Shown piece after piece: positions 8,856 through 18,860 of a DNA stretch of 64,000 nucleotides. Each line of letters starts with the position of its first letter. Position 1 is the stretch's first letter. The DNA comes from Roseomonas sp. (lineage in GTDB: Bacteria; Pseudomonadota; Alphaproteobacteria; Acetobacterales; Acetobacteraceae). The translations under genes and the position numbers were made by a program. The notes beneath the pieces are model-generated. The model saw only the letters and a program-made list of their open reading frames with translations, was not told the origin of the DNA and did not search any database. The DNA lies in assembly GCA_020249505.1 (NCBI GenBank), contig JADCFN010000056.1:16346-80345 (forward strand). The letters are read 5' to 3'.

Positions 8856-10405
8856 GGCATCACCTCCGCGATCAGCTTTACGGGGTCAAGCTTTCTTTCC
8901 CGCAAATGCCCGGTCAGCATCACCAGCGCTTCAAAAGCGGCGCGCGCTTCGGGCTGGCCTTCGCCGGCCTTGCCGGCTTCCTCGATCAGGCGGTTCACCT
9001 GTTCCGCGCTTGGGATGGCGCCAGGCACGAGTGATAGCGGGGCGAGCGCAGCGGCAATTTTCTCGGGCGTTGCATCGCGCGCGGCAAGATCAGCAAGCAA
9101 AGCCGCGCGGAATTCCGCCAAGCCTTCTTCAAGCTCGGCCTGGCCGCCCGGAAAGCGCGCGGCATCGGCACCATATTCGGCCCAAAGCCGAGCCCCCGCA
9201 TCATCCTGCCCGATCTTGCTGAGAAGATCAGCGAAGAAGCCGGACCGTGCTGCTACATCCTTGAAGGCGCGCGCAAAAATCGGGCAGGTTTCCATGCGGA
9301 GTTCCGCCGAGCTTGGCGTGATCAGCCCCGCATCGAAAAGCTGTGGCGCGAAAGGTGCGGCCAGCACGCGCGCCCGCCAGCGCTGATATTCCGCCGCGCC
9401 GAAGTGCCAGCCAAGCCCGATTACCGTCGCGACCGCCCCAATGGGTCCGAGCGCCGTACCGGCCGGCAGCAGGGAAGCCGCGCTGCGCAGCAACGGCGCC
9501 AAGGGCTGTGCGCCGATCAGGCCGGCCAAGGCGTCGGAGGCTGTCTTCAGCGTATCCTCAGCGCCCGGGCCGCTATGCTGGCCTTGCAAGGCGGCAGCGG
9601 CCGCGCGCGCTTTGCCGAGTGCCTGCGCCGCCCCTTCCGGGATCATGCCCTTTGGTAGAAGCGGGCCGAATTCATCCAGCACCAGGCCGGCCACTTCGAT
9701 ATGCCGGGCAAGGCTGCCCTTTGTCGCCTCAATCCGACCCGGCAGGGCGGCATCGCGCGCCGCCCCTTCCGCCTTATGGCGCAGCGCTTCCGCTTCGGCG
9801 GCAAGCGCGCCGGTGGCGCGTTCACGTTCGGCCAATTGTTCGGTGGCGCGGCGGGCGATATGCGCATCTGCCCCGGTGCTGCGCGTGCCGAAATAAAAGC
9901 CGAAAACGCCGGTGACGATGCCATTCACATAGCCGGCAATCGCGTCGGTCAGGCCAAGCGTCTTGGAAAACAGCAGCAAGGGCAGGCCGATCACGCCGAC
10001 AATGAGCGCCAGCAATGCGCGCACCGTCCCTTCCGGCAGCGCAAGCGGCAGGTCGCGTAGCCCGGCGAGCCGCTCAGGCCCAATGGCAGGGTTGGCGACG
10101 AGTGCAAAGCTGCGCGCCGCGAGCCACCACAGAAAGGCGGCAAAGCCGATGCCTATAAGGAAAATCATCATACCAATCAGGGCTGGTAGGCCCGTGGCGC
10201 CGGGCGCGGCGAAGGCGGCGAATAGCGCCTCTGGCCCCGGCAGGCCGAGAGCCATACCCGCCCCGAGCACGGCGGCGAGTGCCATGCCGGTCAGCAAAAT
10301 ACGCAGCGGGAGGCGTAAAATCTGTAGGCATTCCAGAAGGACGGAGCGGCCTTCGTGAGCACCTGCGGGGCTTTCTGCTAGGGAGGTTTGAGCGGCTGGG
10401 GGCAT
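8852..10405 (-). CDS. Polytopic membrane protein with coiled-coil and large Ala-rich soluble domain (hypothetical, 517 aa)
   Basis: About 4 N-terminal TM helices (residues ~30-190), a coiled-coil-like segment (ARRATEQLAERERATGALAAEAEALRHKAEGAARDAA), then about 300 aa I could not assign to any family. Coding-like third-position G+C. Confidence 0.7.
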   Translation of the reverse strand: MPPAAQTSLAESPAGAHEGRSVLLECLQILRLPLRILLTGMALAAVLGAGMALGLPGPEALFAAFAAPGATGLPALIGMMIFLIGIGFAAFLWWLAARSFALVANPAIGPERLAGLRDLPLALPEGTVRALLALIVGVIGLPLLLFSKTLGLTDAIAGYVNGIVTGVFGFYFGTRSTGADAHIARRATEQLAERERATGALAAEAEALRHKAEGAARDAALPGRIEATKGSLARHIEVAGLVLDEFGPLLPKGMIPEGAAQALGKARAAAAALQGQHSGPGAEDTLKTASDALAGLIGAQPLAPLLRSAASLLPAGTALGPIGAVATVIGLGWHFGAAEYQRWRARVLAAPFAPQLFDAGLITPSSAELRMETCPIFARAFKDVAARSGFFADLLSKIGQDDAGARLWAEYGADAARFPGGQAELEEGLAEFRAALLADLAARDATPEKIAAALAPLSLVPGAIPSAEQVNRLIEEAGKAGEGQPEARAAFEALVMLTGHLRERKLDPVKLIAEVMP

Positions 10406-10428
10406 GGGCGGGACCTTGGCTGGGCCCC

Positions 10429-10458
10429 TTTTTAGTTTTTATTTTCCTATTTTGTCAA
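10429..10458 (-). promoter_or_regulatory. Candidate sigma70-type promoter for the 10405->7183 operon
   Basis: The minus strand reads TTGACA-N18-TAAAAA inside the only AT/T-rich stretch between guaB and the 517-aa gene, about 25-50 nt upstream of the ATG at 10405. Confidence 0.3.
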
Positions 10459-10597
10459 GGTATTTTTTCCTTTTGTGGCTAGTACTCCGATTGCCGCAGT
10501 TGGTTCCCAATAGCAGCGTCAATCGGCCACCAAACATATGGCCAGTGGTGCGCGGGGGCAGTTTTTGGACTGGGAAAGGTTGGCATGAATCGCACCA

Positions 10598-12864
<2,267 letters not shown>

Positions 12865-12873
12865 GGCGAAGGC

Positions 12874-13977
12874 TTACCGGTGCCGCGGTGGGCTGCGCCG
12901 CGCCGCTTCGCGGTCCGCGCGCATCATGCGCAGCAACATCCCCTCACGCAGGCCGCGATCTGCGACGCGCAGGCTCCGCGTTGGCCAAATGCGGCGAATG
13001 GCGGCGTAAATCGCGCAGCCAGGCAGCACGTAATCCACCCGTTCCGGCCCTACACAGGGATGGGCGGCCAATTCGGCGCGGCCCATGGCGAAAAGATCGC
13101 CCAGGGCGGCATCGGCGGCCTCACAATCAAGGGTCGAGCCATCCACCAGCGGGCGGCGATAGCGCGGCAGCGCCATGACCACGCCGGCCAGCGTAGTGAC
13201 GGTGCCGGAAGTGCCCATCAGCCGCACGCCACCCGCATGGATTTCCTGGCCGATGCAATGCAGGCGATCAAAGCCTTCCAATTGTGCGGCAACCTCATCC
13301 ACCACAGCGAAAAAGCCTTTTTCGGTGAAACAGGCGGCGCCGCAGCGTTCGGCCAGGGTCACGACACCAATAGGAAGCGAGATATAGCCGATCAGCTCCG
13401 GCACATCGCCCGGGCGGGCTGCGGCACGGATCCAGGCAATTTCCGTGCTGCCGCCGCCGATATCGAACAAGAGCGCCCGCCGATCACCCGGTTCTAGCAG
13501 CGCCGCGCAGGATTCCATGGCGAGTTCCGCTTCTTCCCGCCCCGTAATGATGCGAAGCCGGATGCCGGTTTCCGCCTCCACCCGCGCAATGAAGGCCGGG
13601 CCATTGCTGGCCTGGCGGCAGGCCTCGGTCGCGACCGCTTCAAACCCGCGCAAAGGCCGGCGGGAAAGTTTGTCGGCGCAGGCGCCAAGGGCGGCCAGGG
13701 CACGGTCAATGGAAGCGGCTGAAAGCTGCCCGCTGCTGCCCAAACCTTCGCCAAGCCGCACAACACGGCTGAAGGAATCCAGCACGCGAAAGCCAGTCTG
13801 GCTGGGGGAAGCAATCAGCAGCCGGCAATTATTGGTGCCGAGATCAAGCGCCGCATAGGCCGCGCCAGAGGCTTCCGCCCGCCCATAGGGCGGGGCGGCT
13901 TCGGCGTCGCGGGCAAGTTGCGGGGCAGTTTCGGTCATCATCCCTAATCTGCCGCCCTTTTGGGACGGCCAATCCAT
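12874..13977 (-). CDS. Ppx/GppA family phosphatase (exopolyphosphatase-like)
   Basis: ASKHA-fold motifs: AALDLGTNNCRLLIA, FDIGGGSTE, GTSGTVTTLA. The start could instead be the ATG at 13941. Confidence 0.88.
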   Translation of the reverse strand: MDWPSQKGGRLGMMTETAPQLARDAEAAPPYGRAEASGAAYAALDLGTNNCRLLIASPSQTGFRVLDSFSRVVRLGEGLGSSGQLSAASIDRALAALGACADKLSRRPLRGFEAVATEACRQASNGPAFIARVEAETGIRLRIITGREEAELAMESCAALLEPGDRRALLFDIGGGSTEIAWIRAAARPGDVPELIGYISLPIGVVTLAERCGAACFTEKGFFAVVDEVAAQLEGFDRLHCIGQEIHAGGVRLMGTSGTVTTLAGVVMALPRYRRPLVDGSTLDCEAADAALGDLFAMGRAELAAHPCVGPERVDYVLPGCAIYAAIRRIWPTRSLRVADRGLREGMLLRMMRADREAARRSPPRHR

Positions 13978-14062
13978 GATCGGGATATCTGGCCCCTAGG
14001 GCAAGCGGTTTTGAGGGGGCGAGTTGAAGCGTCTTAAAGGCAGTGCTATAGCGCGCGGCCCT

Positions 14063-14136
14063 TGGGGGATAGTTTAGCGGTAGAACTCCCGGCTCTGACC
14101 CGGGCAGCCTTGGTTCGAATCCAGGTCCCCCAGCCA
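14063..14136 (+). tRNA. tRNA-Gln (anticodon CUG)
   Basis: Hand-folded cloverleaf. Acceptor stem TGGGGGA/TCCCCCA. Anticodon stem CCCGG/CCGGG with loop CTCTGAC (anticodon CTG). T-arm CTTGG-TTCGAAT-CCAGG. 3' CCA is encoded. Confidence 0.9.
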
Positions 14137-14246
14137 TCGTCTGAAAAATGGCCGGAACTCAATAACCAGCGCCCTTGGGGTTGAGCACTGACGATCAATC
14201 AAGCGCTGGAAGAGGCGCGCCGCAGGAAGCACAGCGCGCCCGCGCT

Positions 14247-14732
14247 TCAACGCCGCGGGGCAGCCCCGGCGCCGCAATCCGGCGCATTAAGCGGCTGAAT
14301 GATGTTCTGATTGACCGAGAATTTGGCCAATTGCCCAGGGGGCAGCGCCCTAATCTGCCGCAAGATCACTTCCGCATCGCGGCAAAAGTAAGACCCGGCG
14401 CGGGACGCATCCATGGCGTGATCCTGGGAGATATTGGTGTAGTATTGATCAAAACGGGTCTGCCCAGCCCCGCCATAGGCGCGGCGGAAATAGCCTTGAA
14501 TCACATTGGCCGCTGCCGAAAGCTCGCCTCTATGGGGTTGAAAAGCATCGATCATGCGCTCGCGATCGATTTTGCACTGCATTCCGATCACCCGGAGGTA
14601 GCTATTCATGGCCCAGGTATCGGCCGCGTTTCTCTCCTCGGGCCGCATGCAGGTATTCGCCAGAACGGGACCGGCAACAAGAACCGGCAGTATCGCCGCC
14701 ATCAGCAAGCGCTTCAAACCCATGGTATTCAT
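14247..14732 (-). CDS. Secreted/periplasmic hypothetical protein
   Basis: Signal peptide MNTMGLKRLLMAAILPVLVAGPVLA, then a soluble domain of about 135 aa with 3 Cys. No family recognised. Confidence 0.6.
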   Translation of the reverse strand: MNTMGLKRLLMAAILPVLVAGPVLANTCMRPEERNAADTWAMNSYLRVIGMQCKIDRERMIDAFQPHRGELSAAANVIQGYFRRAYGGAGQTRFDQYYTNISQDHAMDASRAGSYFCRDAEVILRQIRALPPGQLAKFSVNQNIIQPLNAPDCGAGAAPRR

Positions 14733-14827
14733 CCTCTCCTCGTCAAAGGGTGGCGAATCGACCACCGCATATGACCCCTGACCGGCATATAAGGCCTTGC
14801 CGGCGTGATTGGAACCGAAGCGCGCGA

Positions 14828-15430
14828 TCAGGCCGCGCGGGGCTTGAAGCGGGCCAAACCTTTCTGGAAGCAGGCATGATCGGCAAGCCGCCTGTCCAGG
14901 AATTCCAGCGCCGAATCCAGCCCATCACCGCGCCCGCTCAGCCAAAAGGCCAAAGTTGCGCTGTAGATGCCAGCCAGCGTTGCGCGGCGCGTGTACCAGG
15001 AAAAATCAGCGGATTTATCGCCCGCCGCATACCAGATGGCGCTGACACTGCGCGCGAGGCTGCGCGCGGCAATCGGCGCATTCCAGGGCAAAGCGAGCAA
15101 GGAAAGCGCGGCGCGCAGCGCATCGCGATGCGGCTCGGCCGCTTCCAGCCGGGCCTTGATCAGGGATCGCACGCGTTCATGGGTGCGCATGCCGGCCATA
15201 TCGGCAGCAATGCCAGCGGCCTCCATGCGCCGATCGGCCAAGTCTATCCAGGCTTCAATCGCCGAAATCGCGCCGCGCGGGAACATCCATTCGGCATCTT
15301 CCGCCGCCATGCCGGCATCCTTCAGCCCCTCAGCAATGGCCCTGCCCTGCCAACCATAAAGCGGCACCAGCGGCAGAATGGCATCCAGCGCGGCATCCCG
15401 CGCGTCACGATCCGGTCCGGCTTCCATCAT
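14828..15430 (-). CDS. COQ9 family protein (rpsU-divergently transcribed protein)
   Basis: About 200 aa and helical, with the N-terminal pattern ALDAILPLVPLYGWQGRAIAEGLKDAG. It sits in the classical position divergent from rpsU. ATGA overlap with def. Confidence 0.75.
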   Translation of the reverse strand: MMEAGPDRDARDAALDAILPLVPLYGWQGRAIAEGLKDAGMAAEDAEWMFPRGAISAIEAWIDLADRRMEAAGIAADMAGMRTHERVRSLIKARLEAAEPHRDALRAALSLLALPWNAPIAARSLARSVSAIWYAAGDKSADFSWYTRRATLAGIYSATLAFWLSGRGDGLDSALEFLDRRLADHACFQKGLARFKPRAA

Positions 15431-15954
15431 GGCTTTTGTCTTTCATTTTCAATGGGCTTCGGCGGGTTGAACCGGGCCAGTTCCTCAACAAACCCAAGGC
15501 GGGACAAATCCGTCATCCGCATAGGGTACAGAATACCTTCAAGATGGTCATGCTCATGCTGCATGACCCGCGCGGCCATGCCGGCGGCTTCGCCCTCGAT
15601 CACCGTCCCGGCGATATCCTGGCCGCGAAAGGCGATCCGGGCTGGGCGCTCAACCGCGCCGCGGAGCCCCGGGATGGAAAGGCAGCCTTCCCAGGCTTCC
15701 TCGGTAGCCTCTCCAATCGGCTGGATTTCCGGGTTGAACAGCGCGGAATGCCCGCCTGCCGCGGTACGCCAGATGAAAAGGCTAAGAGAAACATGCACTT
15801 GCGGGGCGGCAAGGCCAAGCCCGCCAATATCTTCCAGGGTTTCCACCATATCGGCGACCAGCCGGCGCATCTCGGGCGCTGTGGGATCGGGCACTGGCGC
15901 CGCCCGTTGCAGCAATACGGGATGGCCCAGCCGGGCGATTTTCAGGATGGCCAT
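15427..15954 (-). CDS. def: Peptide deformylase
   Basis: The three PDF motifs are present: GLAAPQV, EGCLSIPG, HEHDHLEG. Confidence 0.93.
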   Translation of the reverse strand: MAILKIARLGHPVLLQRAAPVPDPTAPEMRRLVADMVETLEDIGGLGLAAPQVHVSLSLFIWRTAAGGHSALFNPEIQPIGEATEEAWEGCLSIPGLRGAVERPARIAFRGQDIAGTVIEGEAAGMAARVMQHEHDHLEGILYPMRMTDLSRLGFVEELARFNPPKPIENERQKP

Positions 15955-16127
15955 GACATTCCCGCCACGCGATTGAGCTTTTTATATAATTAGCCTGAAA
16001 AAGCCTTGAAAGGGGCTTCCGGCGCGGCGAATCACTGTGCTAGTACCTTCTCGTCGGGACGGGCGCCGGGTGACTGGCTGCGCGTCTTTTGTTTTGAACC
16101 AGCGATCCATGAAGGGGGTTGTGCCGC

Positions 16128-16331
16128 GTGCAAGTCGTCGTTCGTGACAACAATGTTGATCAGGCGCTGAAGGCGCTCAAGAAGAAATTGCAGCGTGAAG
16201 GGGTCTTCCGTGAAATGAAGATCCGCCGCCATTACGAAAAGCCGTCCGAGCGCCGCGCCCGCGAAGCTGCGGAAGCTGTGCGCCGCGCCCGCAAGGTGGA
16301 ACGCAAGCGGATCGAACGCGAAGGCTTCTGA
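16128..16331 (+). CDS. rpsU: 30S ribosomal protein S21
   Basis: (M)[30 protein letters not shown]... is canonical S21. GTG at 16128 follows a GGGGG/AAGGGGG SD-like run; the track ORF begins at TTG 16119. Confidence 0.93.
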   Translation: MQVVVRDNNVDQALKALKKKLQREGVFREMKIRRHYEKPSERRAREAAEAVRRARKVERKRIEREGF

Positions 16332-16362
16332 TAACCCTAATTTAGGTTGGGTGTTTGCACGC

Positions 16363-16403
16363 CGCGGCACGGGGCAACCCGTGGACCGCGGTTTTGCATT
16401 TTC
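16363..16403 (+). terminator. Rho-independent terminator downstream of rpsU
   Basis: CCGCGGCACGGG-GCAA-CCCGTG(GA)CCGCGG hairpin followed by TTTTGCATTTT. Confidence 0.55.
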
Positions 16404-16405
16404 GA

Positions 16406-16609
16406 CTACAGGCGCGCCGCCAGCTTGCGGGCCAAAAGATAGCCAAGCCCCCCGCCCAAGGGGGCCGCCGGCAAGGCAAGCAGCCAGCCCGCATGGGAAC
16501 CGGCCACCACCAACGCAAGGCCCGCGTAAAGCGTCAGGCCGCCCACCAGGCTGCCCACCACACCGGCCGTGAGGCCAAGAACCAGGATTTCTTCTCGGGA
16601 TACACTCAT
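16406..16609 (-). CDS. Small Gly-rich two-TM membrane protein (hypothetical, 67 aa)
   Basis: MSVSREEILVLGLTAGVVGSLVGGLTLYAGLALVVAGSHAGWLLALPAAPLGGGLGYLLARKLAARL. Codon usage looks coding-like but there is no clear SD. Confidence 0.4.
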   Translation of the reverse strand: MSVSREEILVLGLTAGVVGSLVGGLTLYAGLALVVAGSHAGWLLALPAAPLGGGLGYLLARKLAARL

Positions 16610-16803
16610 GCAGTTGGGGATGGGGCCGAGCGCGCGGTTTGACAAGCCCTGAGGCGCGGAATATCACGCGCCCTCCTTCCGGGAATGTGGACGGGCCTTC
16701 GGGGTCCGCGCCCGCCCTGGCCAGCCGGCCTGGGACTACCGGGACAACAAGGCCCTCAGGGGCATAGCAAGAAAGGCCATCGCTTCCGCGATGGGATCTG
16801 CGC

Positions 16804-17421
16804 ATGACGAAGCGCGCCGAAAGCAAATACAAAATCAATCGCCGTCTTGGCGTGAACCTTTGGGGCCGCGCGAAATCGCCGGTCGCCAAGCGCGAATATG
16901 GCCCCGGTCAGCATGGCCAACGCCGCAAGCAAAAGCCGACCGATTTCGGCGTGCAGCTGATGGCGAAGCAGAAGCTCAAGGGCTATTACGGCAATATCGG
17001 CGAAAAGCAGTTCCGCAAATATTATGAAGAAGCCGTGCGCCGTAAGGGCGATACCTCTGAGAACCTGGTTGAATTGCTGGAACGCCGCCTGGACGCGGTG
17101 ATTTATCGCATGAAGCTGGCCGTCACCCCATTCGCGGCACGCCAATTCGTCAATCACGGCCATGTGCTGGTGAATGGCAAGCGGCTCAACATCCCATCCT
17201 ATTCGGTGAAGAATGGCGATGTCATTGAGGTGAAGGAAAAGTCGAAGCAGCTGACCGCAGTGCTTGATTCCGCGCAGAGCACGGAACGCGATGTGCCGGA
17301 ATATCTGGAAATTGATCACCGCGCGATGAAGGGCAAGTTCCTGCGCGCGCCGAAGCTTTCCGATGTGCCCTATCCGGTGCAGATGGAACCCAATCTGGTG
17401 GTCGAATTCTACAGCCGCTGA
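16804..17421 (+). CDS. rpsD: 30S ribosomal protein S4
   Basis: [22 protein letters not shown]... with an S4 domain ([32 protein letters not shown]). Confidence 0.97.
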   Translation: MTKRAESKYKINRRLGVNLWGRAKSPVAKREYGPGQHGQRRKQKPTDFGVQLMAKQKLKGYYGNIGEKQFRKYYEEAVRRKGDTSENLVELLERRLDAVIYRMKLAVTPFAARQFVNHGHVLVNGKRLNIPSYSVKNGDVIEVKEKSKQLTAVLDSAQSTERDVPEYLEIDHRAMKGKFLRAPKLSDVPYPVQMEPNLVVEFYSR

Positions 17422-17447
17422 TCAGGGTTTATTTCCGTGTGTTTCAG

Positions 17448-17479
17448 GCCGGCGCCTTCGGGTGCCGGCTTTTTTGTTT
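17448..17479 (+). terminator. Rho-independent terminator downstream of rpsD
   Basis: GCCGGCGCC-TTCG-GGTGCCGGC stem-loop followed by TTTTTTGTTT. Confidence 0.8.
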
Positions 17480-17552
17480 CTGCGCAGCATCACCGGGTTT
17501 TGCGTGCTCCAGCCTATAGACGAAACCCCTCTGGCCGCGTTAGGCCACGCTT

Positions 17553-18860
17553 ATGAAGCCCGCCGCCATCATCCTCGCCGCCGGCCTTGGCACGCGCATG
17601 CGCTCCACCCAGCCCAAGGTTGTGCACCCCTTGGCGGGGCGGCCCATGATCCAGCATTTGCTGAGTGCCTGCGAAGCGGTTTTCGGGCGTATTGTGGTGG
17701 TGGTTGGGCCCGATATGCCGACGCTGGAAGATGCCGTGGCACCGCGCGAAGTGGTGGTGCAGCGCGAAAGACTCGGCACTGGCCATGCCGCGCTGCAAGC
17801 CGGCCCCTTGCTTGGCGGACACCAGGGTGATGTCGCAGTGCTTTATGGCGATAACCCGCTGATTTCGGCCGCAACGCTGCAGGCGCTGGTTGCAGCGCGA
17901 CAAACCGCTGGCCTTGCGCTGCTGGCGATGCGCCCCGCTGATCCTGCGCGCTATGGCCGCGTGGTGCTGGATGAGAAATCAGAAGTTGTGCGCATTGTCG
18001 AATGGGCGGATGCGACGGCGGAAGAACGCGCCATTGGGCTTTGCAATGCGGGTGTGATTTGCGCCCCGGCGCAGGAATTGTTCCGTTGGCTCGGTGCCAT
18101 CGGCAACAACAACGCCAAGGGCGAATATTACCTGACAGATGTCATTCAGCAGGCGCGGGCTGATGGCAAGCGTGTGGTGGCCGTTGAGGCGCCGGAAGCG
18201 GAGCTTCGCGGCATCAACAGCCGCGCGGAATTGGCGCTAGCCGAAGCCGAGGTGCAGCGCGGCTTACGCGCTGCTGCCATGGCGGGCGGTGCGACCATGC
18301 TGGCACCTGATACAGTCCAGCTTTGCCACGATACGAAACTCGGCGCCGATGTGGTGCTGGAACCGAATATCTTTTTCGGCCCCGATGTCACGGTGGAAGA
18401 TGGCGTGACCATTCGTGCCTTCAGCCATTTGGAAGGCTGCGTAGTGAAGCAAGGGGCGATCATCGGGCCTTATGCGCGGCTGCGCCCCGGCAGCGTCATT
18501 GAAAACCACGCCCATGTCGGCAATTTTGTGGAGCTGAAGGCGACCACACTCGGCCCCGGCGCCAAAGCCAATCACTTGAGCTATTTGGGTGATGCGACGA
18601 TTGGCGCGGGGGCGAATATCGGCGCCGGGACCATCACCTGCAATTATGATGGCGTGGCGAAGCATCGCACCGAAATTGGTGAAGGCGCCTTTATTGGTAG
18701 TGATACGGCACTGGTCGCACCGGTGAAGGTGGGTGCGCGCGCGCTGGTGGCTGCTGGCAGCGTGATCACGGAAGATGTGCCGGATGATGCGCTGGCGATT
18801 GCGCGTGGGCGCCAGGCTGTGAAACCGGGACGCGGCTTCAAGGGCAAGGGGAAGCGCTGA
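17553..18860 (+). CDS. glmU: Bifunctional UDP-N-acetylglucosamine diphosphorylase / glucosamine-1-phosphate N-acetyltransferase
   Basis: N-terminal ILAAGLGTRM nucleotidyltransferase motif and C-terminal left-handed beta-helix hexapeptide repeats. The stop overlaps the glmS ATG (TGATG). Confidence 0.95.
   Translation: MKPAAIILAAGLGTRMRSTQPKVVHPLAGRPMIQHLLSACEAVFGRIVVVVGPDMPTLEDAVAPREVVVQRERLGTGHAALQAGPLLGGHQGDVAVLYGDNPLISAATLQALVAARQTAGLALLAMRPADPARYGRVVLDEKSEVVRIVEWADATAEERAIGLCNAGVICAPAQELFRWLGAIGNNNAKGEYYLTDVIQQARADGKRVVAVEAPEAELRGINSRAELALAEAEVQRGLRAAAMAGGATMLAPDTVQLCHDTKLGADVVLEPNIFFGPDVTVEDGVTIRAFSHLEGCVVKQGAIIGPYARLRPGSVIENHAHVGNFVELKATTLGPGAKANHLSYLGDATIGAGANIGAGTITCNYDGVAKHRTEIGEGAFIGSDTALVAPVKVGARALVAAGSVITEDVPDDALAIARGRQAVKPGRGFKGKGKR

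Noticed and set aside
8280-9386. 368-aa plus-strand ORF (with 7933-8685 and 8698-9222)
   Set aside because: They are antisense to the lipoprotein and membrane-protein genes, which show signal peptide, TM and overlap-coupling features. The plus-strand translations are Ala/Arg/Ser low-complexity.
14063-14830. tRNA-Gln as a possible genomic-island integration site
   Set aside because: No integrase, no direct repeat of the tRNA 3' end and no compositional break were seen downstream. The next genes (secreted hypothetical, COQ9, def) look native.
15955-16127. TTGAGC...TATAAT-like hexamers in the def/rpsU divergent region
   Set aside because: The spacing between the hexamers is only about 6 nt, so they do not form a canonical promoter. 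I could not place the real promoters confidently by eye.
16032-16889. 285-aa minus-strand ORF spanning rpsU, its terminator and the rpsD 5' end
   Set aside because: It overlaps two canonical ribosomal protein genes and a terminator hairpin. The translation is Pro/Gly/Arg-rich and featureless.
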